Shown: in pieces, positions 27,469-34,917 of the stretch
How positions within the stretch are numbered: the stretch's first letter is position 1
Layout of the letters: each line of letters opens with the position of its first letter
Origin: a virus
Reading direction: 5' to 3' (one strand)
Virus record (IMG/VR): IMGVR_UViG_3300036985_002246
Coordinates: 135,476-199,475 of that record
Length of the DNA: 64,000 nt
Notes under the pieces: model-generated
Database searches by the model: none
What the model was told of the DNA's origin: nothing
Seen by the model: only the letters and a program-made list of their open reading frames with translations
Made by a program: the position numbers and the translations under genes

Positions 27469-27917
27469 TGAAGAGCCTCGTCATTCTCGTCGGTGCTTCT
27501 GGCTCTGGGAAGTCCTCCTGGTGCCGTGGTCACCCAGGACCGGCTGTGGTCTGCTCGGCAGACGACGGGCTCATTGACCCGGACGGCGTGTACAGGTACG
27601 CCCCTGAGAAGCTCGGGGCAGCACACTCGGCCTGCATGGAGAAGGCGCGTGGCGCAATGGTGAGGGGTGTGTCCCTCGTCGTGATCGACAACACGAACAC
27701 GCGCATTTCCGAGATCGGGCGCTACCTCAATCTCGGGGACCAGTTCGAGTACAGCCCTCAGATCTTCGTGTTCGACTCGGAGCGCAACCCGGAGGTCCTT
27801 GCTGCCAGGAATCAGCACGGGATCCCCGCCTTTGCGATCCGGAAGCAGCTTGATCGGATCGGCTACACGCTGGACAACTGGCCTGAGTCGTTCCCGCTGT
27901 TTCGACGAATCGTGTAA
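27468..27917 (+). CDS. AAA_33-type P-loop kinase (polynucleotide-kinase-like)
   Basis: Walker A GASGSGKS, VVIDNTN, RNxH lid. Confidence 0.85.
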   Translation: MKSLVILVGASGSGKSSWCRGHPGPAVVCSADDGLIDPDGVYRYAPEKLGAAHSACMEKARGAMVRGVSLVVIDNTNTRISEIGRYLNLGDQFEYSPQIFVFDSERNPEVLAARNQHGIPAFAIRKQLDRIGYTLDNWPESFPLFRRIV

Positions 27918-27946
27918 AAGGGTCTCCCCCGCCCGCTTGTAGGGTG
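27908..27946 (+). promoter_or_regulatory. Bipartite promoter-like motif, copy 4
   Basis: AATCGTGTAAAAGG...CCCGCTTGTAGGGTG, overlapping the kinase stop. Confidence 0.75.
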
Positions 27947-27958
27947 GAGGACCCGTCC

Positions 27959-28768
27959 ATGCGCTACAGATACATGATCGTCTCGGCCCTACTCCTGTGG
28001 GCCACCCCCCTGCAAGCACAGGCTCCGACGCCTCTCGAAGAGGCTCGTGCTCTCTTTGCTAGGGGCGACACGGCGTTCAACGAAGCTCGGTGGATCGATT
28101 GCGCCCACCTGTTCGAGCGGAGCTTCACGATCGCTTTCCGCCCCGAGCTTCTCTACAACGTCGGCCTCTGCTACCAGCGGGCGGCGGGTGCTCTGCCGGA
28201 CGAGCAGGCTGCACCGCTCCTGGGCCGGGCGGTGGCTGCCTTCCGGCGCTACCTGCGCGAGGTTCCTGCTGCGACCAACGCGGAGCGGGTCCAGACGGCG
28301 GTGGCCGACATTCAGGCTCGGCTCGACAGCATGGACCCCGCTGTCAGCCCAGTCACGGAGGTCACTGCACCGCCTGTGAGGGAGGTCGCTCCGGTCGTAC
28401 CTGAACCTGACTCGGTGGTTGTGGGGGACCCAATCCCCACGCCAGCGCCCGTGACGGTGGCCCGCAACGACTACACGCTCACGATCGTCACGGGGGCGTT
28501 GACCCTCGTCTCGACGGCACTCGCAATCGGGCTTGGACTCCACGCGCAGTCGCTCTACTCGGACCTCTCCTCGACGTGCGGTCAGACCCCGGCAGGTTGC
28601 AACGAAGCTCGGATCTCGGAGGTAGGCTCGTACTCGCTCGCCACGAACCTCCTGTGGGTCGTCTCTGGTCTTGCCCTTGTCGGAACTTCAATCAGCTTCG
28701 CAATCGAGTTCACAGCGACAGACACGCGACCCTCCTTGGTCGCCCTCACGGTGGGAAGGACCTTCTGA
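27959..28768 (+). CDS. Exported TPR protein with C-terminal membrane helices (myxobacterial-type)
   Basis: Signal peptide; TPR EARALFARG...PELLYNVGLCY; two TM helices with a CxxxxxxC loop. Confidence 0.8.
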   Translation: MRYRYMIVSALLLWATPLQAQAPTPLEEARALFARGDTAFNEARWIDCAHLFERSFTIAFRPELLYNVGLCYQRAAGALPDEQAAPLLGRAVAAFRRYLREVPAATNAERVQTAVADIQARLDSMDPAVSPVTEVTAPPVREVAPVVPEPDSVVVGDPIPTPAPVTVARNDYTLTIVTGALTLVSTALAIGLGLHAQSLYSDLSSTCGQTPAGCNEARISEVGSYSLATNLLWVVSGLALVGTSISFAIEFTATDTRPSLVALTVGRTF

Positions 28769-29295
28769 TGCGCTACCTACTGACGACGGTCCTGATCCTC
28801 ACGTCCGGGTGTGCCTTCGACGTTGCAGGGCTTCATGGAACGGGAGTGCTCGACGACGCTGGCCCAATGACGGGCGATACTGGTCCTGAAGTGGACGCAG
28901 GCTCCGAAGTGGACGCAGGTCCAACGCTCGTGGACTCCGGTTCCGAAACCGACGCAGGACTGGACTCTGGATCTGACGTGGACTCCGGCTCAACTGAGGA
29001 CGGGGGTTCAACCGGGCCGACTTGCTGCCTGCCAGAGCGTGTCCTGCCCTCACCTGTACCCTGTCACCTGTTCACGGACGGCACGTCTGACTGCTGCGAC
29101 GGGCTCCTGTGCTACGGCAGCGGTGGGTGCGTGCTGCCCACTGGTGGTGGTGGACGGCTTGGCTCCCTATGTCTTGACGGAGGCGACGGTCCCGACGGCG
29201 GGCGTCTGCTGCTCTGTGTCACGGCGACCACTTGCAACATGGACACTGGAATGTGCGTCGTGGACCCCACGCACGTCACCCTGCTTCAGTGCTAG
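28768..29295 (+). CDS. Lipoprotein with DAG/DSG repeats and Cys-rich C-terminus
   Basis: Lipobox LTSGC; TGATG overlap; Cys-rich knot-like tail. Confidence 0.75.
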   Translation: MRYLLTTVLILTSGCAFDVAGLHGTGVLDDAGPMTGDTGPEVDAGSEVDAGPTLVDSGSETDAGLDSGSDVDSGSTEDGGSTGPTCCLPERVLPSPVPCHLFTDGTSDCCDGLLCYGSGGCVLPTGGGGRLGSLCLDGGDGPDGGRLLLCVTATTCNMDTGMCVVDPTHVTLLQC

Positions 29296-29317
29296 TCGAT
29301 AGGATTGGAGGTGCGCA

Positions 29318-30013
29318 ATGAAGACCAAGTACCCTCGGACCTTCCACCTCCCGTGGAGTGAAGGCGCGACCGACGACGACAAGACGCATGACCAGGAGAC
29401 CGTCGAGCGAATGTTCGGCGGCAAGCAGGTCATTGTCACCGAGAAAATGGACGGGGAGAACACCACGATCTACTCGACGGGGGAGTGCCATGCGCGGAGC
29501 CTCGACTCGGCTGGACACGCCTCGCGGGACTACGTTCGCGGCAAGGCCCGTGAGGTGGGCTGCGCAGGGTTCCCTGAGGGTTGGCGTCTCATGGGGGAGA
29601 ACCTCTACGCCAAGCACTCAATCGAGTACGACCTGCTCCCCGACTACTTCGTGGTCTTCGGGGTTGCAGACGCCTCGAACATGGCTCGGCCCTGGTCTGA
29701 GGTCGAGGAATGGGCAGACCTTCTGGGCCTGCCCGCTGCGCCTGTTCTCTGGCAGGGCACCTGGGACACGAAGAAGGTCATGTCCCTCTACCCGTTCAAG
29801 TCCCTTCTGACCTCCACCGGAACGAGCGAGGGGTACGTCGTGAGGGTCGCGGGCTCATTCCCAATGAGCAGCTTCGACAAGCACGTCGCGAAGTTCGTGC
29901 GGGCCAAGCACGTTCAGACGGACCAACACTGGATGCACCAGCAGGTCACGCCCAACAAGCGCGTCACGACCTCGGCTGAGCAGGTCGTGGAGAGAGTTCT
30001 TGGCTCTCGCTAG
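29318..30013 (+). CDS. ATP-dependent RNA ligase
   Basis: KYPRTFHLPWS, motif I TEKMDG, GENL, FVVF, EGYVV, KFVR; GGAGG SD. Confidence 0.9.
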   Translation: MKTKYPRTFHLPWSEGATDDDKTHDQETVERMFGGKQVIVTEKMDGENTTIYSTGECHARSLDSAGHASRDYVRGKAREVGCAGFPEGWRLMGENLYAKHSIEYDLLPDYFVVFGVADASNMARPWSEVEEWADLLGLPAAPVLWQGTWDTKKVMSLYPFKSLLTSTGTSEGYVVRVAGSFPMSSFDKHVAKFVRAKHVQTDQHWMHQQVTPNKRVTTSAEQVVERVLGSR

Positions 30014-30055
30014 GGCTCCTATCCAGGTCGCAGATTGTGACCTGGATAGGAGCCC
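30013..30055. terminator. 17-bp perfect inverted repeat
   Basis: GGGCTCCTATCCAGGTC / GACCTGGATAGGAGCCC directly after the ligase stop. Confidence 0.7.
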
Positions 30056-30096
30056 CTCTCCACGCTCCCCCTCGCCGCCCCTTCAAGTGAGGGCGC

Positions 30097-30480
30097 ATGA
30101 GCCGCCCCCGATCCCCACCGCCCCCGGCCCCCTACGTGGTCGAGTTCTGGCGGGAGACAGTCAAGCGCGGAGGGGCCTTCGCAACTGTTCCCGGTGGTCG
30201 CGTCCTCCGGCACGGTCGCCGGTACGTCCCGCATTTCCGTGGACCCAGCACTCAGAGCGTAGACCCGAACACGTTCTATATGTCAGAGTTCTCCTCTGCA
30301 CGGGCGCGGCCTTGGCAGAAGTTCCGGGTGTGTTACTACAACCCCCTGACGGGTGCTCGGTCGGCTCTGTCGGCTGAGACGATTGTTGTGATTGGTACTG
30401 CTTCGACAGACCAGATCCGCACCTACGGGGTAGGGCGGAACCCGGCGCACGTCGCTGGCTCGGTGGTGATCAAGCGGTAG
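30097..30480 (+). CDS. Hypothetical basic protein bracketed by two structured elements
   Basis: GAGG SD; 127 aa. Confidence 0.55.
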   Translation: MSRPRSPPPPAPYVVEFWRETVKRGGAFATVPGGRVLRHGRRYVPHFRGPSTQSVDPNTFYMSEFSSARARPWQKFRVCYYNPLTGARSALSAETIVVIGTASTDQIRTYGVGRNPAHVAGSVVIKR

Positions 30481-30588
30481 ATTGGAAGTGGACCCCTGCT
30501 ACGGTGGCTTCAAGGTTGCCCTCTGGCAGCCTCAAAGTGTCCCCCCGGAGACTTCAAAGCCACCCTAGGAGGGGTTCACTTCCCAATC
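30480..30588 (+). ncRNA. Candidate structured RNA (or ssDNA) element: three-way junction
   Basis: ~30-bp closing stem plus two 8-bp hairpins, with CA linkers at all three junction strands. Confidence 0.6.
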
Positions 30589-30643
30589 ATTGGGGGCTAG
30601 GTCAGGTTCTCGGGCCGGTGCGTAAAGATCCCACAGAGGATCA

Positions 30644-33097
30644 ATGCCCACCACCGAAAACACAAAGTTCTCCCTTCGCAACTTCTCCGGCAAGCCCACC
30701 AAGCACTTCCGCGTCGAGCGGGACGACCTGACGGGCCAGGCCCCTGTCGCCAAGAAGACGCCCTCCCACCACATTCTCGTGGTGGACCGGTCGGGCTCCA
30801 TGTACGGCGACCTCCCCGACCTGAAGACCATGGTCGAGAAGCTCCTGACGCTCGGCGAGTTCGACGACCCGACGCTCCGGGTCAGCCTCGTCAGCTACTC
30901 GTCCCAGGGTGACGTGAAGCTCCACTTCAGCCGCGTCACCGTCGCCGACGTGATGAAAGCGTCGAGCCCGTACCTCAAGGAGATCCGTGCGATCCGTGCG
31001 ACCGCCATGACCTGTATCTCCCAGGGGCTCGTCATGGCCGAGACGGTGATCGACGACAAGGAGACGACCTGCGTCACCCTCCACACGGACGGCTTCGCGA
31101 ACGACGCCTCCCCGTCGGCAGAGGCCCGCACGATCGCTGCGACCGTCGAGAAGCTCAAGAAGCACCCCAACCTCTTCGTCAACACGATCGCCTACCGCGA
31201 CTGGTGCGACTTCAATCTGCTCTCCTCGATCAGCAACGCGCTCTCCGGCGCGTGTATCCAGGCCAAGAGTATCAAGCAGGTCTACGAGGCGCTCTACAAC
31301 GCGACGGCGCTGCTCGCGGGCTCCATGGCCCCGGCGATCGAGGCGTCGGTCGGCAACGCCGACTATATTGCCTTCGTCTCCAAGTCCGCCCGCAAGGTGC
31401 TTGGGTCGGAGGACAACCTCGTGGTCCGTGGTCTCGGCTCGACCGACGACCGCTCGGTCTACCGCTACTTCGAGGTCACGGAGGCTGAGTACGCGAAGCT
31501 CTCGTGCCCCGAGACGCTCGGCTCGGCGTCGGCGGACGCAATCGCGACCTACTGCCGGGCGCAGATCAGCGAGGGCCACCACAACACGGCCAAGTACGCG
31601 CTCGTCGCCATGAAGAGCGACACGCTCCTGAACTCGCACTACCGGGCGCTCGTCTCGTCGGACGTGGCGACCTTCGCGGGTGCGGTCGAGGACACGCTGT
31701 TCTCGGCCACGGCGTACCCGCTGGCTGCGGACTACGGCCTCGCGGCGAAGGGTCCGTCGGTTCTGAAGGTGCTCTCGGTCCTCGACCAGCACTCGAAGTC
31801 CCTGAGCGTCAACCTGAAGGTGCTGCTCGCTGGTTACAAGCGGCGCGGGCTCAAGAAGGTGCCTGGGGTTCGCCTCGAAGACGGTACGCTCCAGGTGCCG
31901 ACCGTCGAGTCCCGCTACCGCACGGCGAACGAGGAGTGGGTCACGGTCAACGGGTTCGAGTTGAACCGCAACACGGCCACCGTGAATATGCTCGTCTCGC
32001 AGCCGATCGACCTCTTCCCGCACGGCGGGAACGCTCGGATCGCCTCCGTCTCCGGCGTGGGTCTGGACGGCCTCAAGTCGTTCAACAACTACACGCTCGT
32101 GAGCGACGGCTCGCTGAACGTGGGGCAGATCATGCTCAAGACCTCGGACAAGCGGTGCTTCCGCGAACTGAAGGACCTGGGCGTCGTCACGGGTGAGTAC
32201 GCTCCGGGCGTGGTCTTCGCGATCGACTTCTCGAACCTCCCGCTCGTGGACTTCGAGGCGAGCTTCGACACGGTGGCCCCGGACGAGGTTCGTGACCTCG
32301 CGAAGCTCACGGTCCTCTCGAAGATCCTCTCTGGCATGACCAAGGGGGAATCGACGGCCATGACTTCGGAGCAGATCGCCGAACTCAAGAAGCACTACCT
32401 GACCCCGGCGCTCTACTTCTCGCCCCCGACGACCGGAGAGCACGCCAATCTCCAGGACGCAATCGCCCAGGGCAAGATCGACACGCGGCTCTCGTACAAG
32501 ATCGACGTGGGTATCCCGGCGCTGACCTCGGTGTCGAAGCTGAAGTCGGGCAACGAGTACCTCCAGCGTCGGTTCACGTCGTCGTTCCACGGCAAGCCGG
32601 TCGAGAAGTCGAACCTCCAGGAGATCCTCCTCCCCGGCACGACCTGGGAGGTGAAGAAGCTCACCGCCCGCACCCAACTCGACGAGGTGGACGCCCTCTC
32701 GTTCCCAATCTACGAGGGTGTCCTCGGGACCGGGGCGACCGCCGAAGTCGAGCGCGTCCTCAAGCTCGCCGGACACGAGGACCCCAAGGGCTTCCTCAAG
32801 AGCCTCTCGGGTGACCACGAGGCTGCGGTCGCCTCGGTCACGGACGCGCTGCGGCTCGTGGACGGCATGATCGAGTCGTTCTACGACCGGATCCGCCCCC
32901 TCGCCTTCTACATTGGGGCAACCGGGCTGGTCCCGGATTCGCTCAATGCGAAGGCGTCCGCTGCCGAAGCGTTCGCGACGCAGTTTCCGGAGGCCAAGCT
33001 CTCGAAGGCGGAGAAGGAGGACGGCACCTTCTTCACGCTCCCGAACGGGCTCGTGGTGACGGTGTTCGTGAAGGGCGAGTACTTCACGGTCTCCTGA
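30644..33097 (+). CDS. vWA-domain protein with a large C-terminal region of unknown function
   Basis: MIDAS motif VVDRSGSM and LHTDG; GAGGA SD; 817 aa. Confidence 0.88.
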   Translation: MPTTENTKFSLRNFSGKPTKHFRVERDDLTGQAPVAKKTPSHHILVVDRSGSMYGDLPDLKTMVEKLLTLGEFDDPTLRVSLVSYSSQGDVKLHFSRVTVADVMKASSPYLKEIRAIRATAMTCISQGLVMAETVIDDKETTCVTLHTDGFANDASPSAEARTIAATVEKLKKHPNLFVNTIAYRDWCDFNLLSSISNALSGACIQAKSIKQVYEALYNATALLAGSMAPAIEASVGNADYIAFVSKSARKVLGSEDNLVVRGLGSTDDRSVYRYFEVTEAEYAKLSCPETLGSASADAIATYCRAQISEGHHNTAKYALVAMKSDTLLNSHYRALVSSDVATFAGAVEDTLFSATAYPLAADYGLAAKGPSVLKVLSVLDQHSKSLSVNLKVLLAGYKRRGLKKVPGVRLEDGTLQVPTVESRYRTANEEWVTVNGFELNRNTATVNMLVSQPIDLFPHGGNARIASVSGVGLDGLKSFNNYTLVSDGSLNVGQIMLKTSDKRCFRELKDLGVVTGEYAPGVVFAIDFSNLPLVDFEASFDTVAPDEVRDLAKLTVLSKILSGMTKGESTAMTSEQIAELKKHYLTPALYFSPPTTGEHANLQDAIAQGKIDTRLSYKIDVGIPALTSVSKLKSGNEYLQRRFTSSFHGKPVEKSNLQEILLPGTTWEVKKLTARTQLDEVDALSFPIYEGVLGTGATAEVERVLKLAGHEDPKGFLKSLSGDHEAAVASVTDALRLVDGMIESFYDRIRPLAFYIGATGLVPDSLNAKASAAEAFATQFPEAKLSKAEKEDGTFFTLPNGLVVTVFVKGEYFTVS

Positions 33098-33135
33098 ATC
33101 GTGAAGTGTCCGGGTCCCCAATCGCTTCCAGGGTG
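33097..33135 (+). promoter_or_regulatory. Bipartite promoter-like motif, copy 5
   Basis: AATCGTGAAG...ATCGCTTCCAGGGTG, starting at the vWA stop. Confidence 0.7.
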
Positions 33136-33146
33136 AGGACCCAGAC

Positions 33147-33461
33147 ATGACACTGCGAGAGAAGCCAGAAGCAGGCTGGAACCCGCGATTCGTACTGTGG
33201 TGCGAGTCTCGCGGCTTCCAGCCTGATTCGTTTGACCGGGCTGAGGGCGAGGACATGAAGCTCGTCGAGCATGGCGACGGGAAGCAGTATCCGTGGACGC
33301 TCGTGTTCTCCGACTGGATCAAAGCCCAGTGGAAGGAGTGGGCTCACTCGATCGGGTTCAAGGACAGCAACTTCTGGCAAGCTCACCGGCTGGCCCAGGC
33401 TGCTGGTCACGGTCCCGCAGAGTTCGACGCCTGGCTTCGGCTGAAGGTCAAGGGAGCCTGA
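33147..33461 (+). CDS. Trp-rich hypothetical protein
   Basis: GAGGA SD; 104 aa. Confidence 0.7.
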   Translation: MTLREKPEAGWNPRFVLWCESRGFQPDSFDRAEGEDMKLVEHGDGKQYPWTLVFSDWIKAQWKEWAHSIGFKDSNFWQAHRLAQAAGHGPAEFDAWLRLKVKGA

Positions 33462-33464
33462 CCG

Positions 33465-34004
33465 GTGGGCTACGGCAAGCTCAACCAAGCGCAGCGTCGG
33501 GCGGTCACCCCGCACCTCGTCGGAAAGACCGTCCATGACCTCGGGGCGGGGGACTTGGAGTTGGCTCGGGAGTGCCTGTCCCTCGGGGCAGGACACGTCG
33601 TCGCGATCGACAAGGAGAGGAACTTCTCTCTCCCGCGAGCGAAGATCACCAAGCTCCACATGAGCTTTGCCGAGTTCAATGACCCTGCACCGACGGTGAT
33701 CCTCTCCTGGCCTGTGAATCACCCGGCTCACGGACTCCTGCGGCTCGTCAAGGAGGCTGAGACAGTCGTCTACCTCGGGACGAACACTGACGGCATGGCG
33801 TGCGGCACCAAGCCTCTGTGGAAGCACCTCGCCACGAGGAAGGTGCTGGCCCATGTCCCCGTCCGGGAGAACACGTTGATCGTCTACGGCGCGCTCCTGG
33901 GGAAGTCCCGCAAGGTCTTGCCGGAGGAGTACGCGGCTCTGAACACGGACGAGATCTACTCGTTCGACAGCCTGTACGGACCCAATCCGGTTGTCAGGCT
34001 CTAG
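33465..34004 (+). CDS. Class I SAM-dependent methyltransferase-like protein
   Basis: VHDLGAG motif I and acidic AIDKE motif II. Confidence 0.65.
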   Translation: MGYGKLNQAQRRAVTPHLVGKTVHDLGAGDLELARECLSLGAGHVVAIDKERNFSLPRAKITKLHMSFAEFNDPAPTVILSWPVNHPAHGLLRLVKEAETVVYLGTNTDGMACGTKPLWKHLATRKVLAHVPVRENTLIVYGALLGKSRKVLPEEYAALNTDEIYSFDSLYGPNPVVRL

Positions 34005-34016
34005 CCTGCTCCGAGC

Positions 34017-34430
34017 ATGACGTGGGAGTACGCGGCCACAATCGTTCGAGTTCTCGACGGTGACACCGCCGTCTTCAGGCTGGTCAAGACCTTCACCCAG
34101 GAGGTTGACTTCGGCTTCTCCATTCACGACTCCATGGCGCTCACCAAGAGCACGGAGTTGAGCTTCAGGTTCTTCGGGATCAACTGCCCGGAGATCCATA
34201 GTTCAAACGCGGCGCTCAAGGCCCGTGGGCTGAAGGCGAAGGCGGAGGTCGAGCGCCTGTGCTCCCTCGGTCCCCTGCGGCTCGTGAGCTACAAGCCAGA
34301 CAAGTACGGGCGCTGGCTCGCAGACCTCTATGTGACCCCTCCTGGCAAGCCGGAGGTCTGGATCAACAAGGCTCTCCTGGACGGTGGTTTCGCCCTCCCC
34401 TACAACGGCGACGGTGTGAAGCCGGTTTGA
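34017..34430 (+). CDS. Thermonuclease (SNase family)
   Basis: RVLDGDT, RFFGINCPE, DKYGRWLA, INKALL..GFA. Confidence 0.9.
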   Translation: MTWEYAATIVRVLDGDTAVFRLVKTFTQEVDFGFSIHDSMALTKSTELSFRFFGINCPEIHSSNAALKARGLKAKAEVERLCSLGPLRLVSYKPDKYGRWLADLYVTPPGKPEVWINKALLDGGFALPYNGDGVKPV

Positions 34431-34435
34431 CTCCC

Positions 34436-34528
34436 ATGTCAGATCTGTCCGGGACGGAGGTCATATGGGTCTTGGCGCTGATTCTTTTCTGGATCGCCAT
34501 GATCGTTCGTGACGACTGGAAGCGGTAG
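34436..34528 (+). CDS. 30-aa single-TM peptide
   Basis: MSDLSGTEVIWVLALILFWIAMIVRDDWKR. Confidence 0.4.
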   Translation: MSDLSGTEVIWVLALILFWIAMIVRDDWKR

Positions 34529-34576
34529 GCTCTCTGGTAGAGTCCCGAGCCCAGGACCCTCGGGCAGAGGAAGAAC

Positions 34577-34888
34577 ATGACTGACAAGACGATCGAGACG
34601 GCAGAGGCCACCCCGACTGAGATCGCAAAGAAGCTCTCCCCTGAGGAGGTGACGGCGCTGACGCAAATGCACCGTCAGGCGCAGGAGACCGTTCAGCAGA
34701 TCGGGCAGAGCGAGGTCCGCAAGGCTCGCCTTCTCGCGAGCCTCTCGGAGGTCGAGGAGCGCGCTCAGGGGATCATGAACGCGGCGGCGGCTCGGCTCGG
34801 GATTGAGCCTGGGACGCCCTGGCAAATGGCACCGGACGGGACGGTCGTGATCCTACCCCGCCAGCAGCCGCCTGCTCAGACGCACTAG
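34577..34888 (+). CDS. Small coiled-coil protein
   Basis: GAGGA SD; downstream of a GGTAGAGT motif. Confidence 0.7.
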   Translation: MTDKTIETAEATPTEIAKKLSPEEVTALTQMHRQAQETVQQIGQSEVRKARLLASLSEVEERAQGIMNAAAARLGIEPGTPWQMAPDGTVVILPRQQPPAQTH

Positions 34889-34917
34889 GCACGCTATCTT
34901 CCCCAAGAGGGAAGCCA

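Noticed and set aside
30480-30588. tRNA or tmRNA
   Set aside because: No cloverleaf, T-loop consensus or CCA end, and no tag reading frame
26060-33135. CRISPR array or integron attC sites
   Set aside because: Copies are irregularly spaced, separated by whole genes, share only two short boxes and are not palindromic
30641-33322. 893-aa minus-strand ORF
   Set aside because: Antisense shadow of the vWA gene; regular high-GC codon usage suppresses reverse-frame stops, and the translation has no motifs
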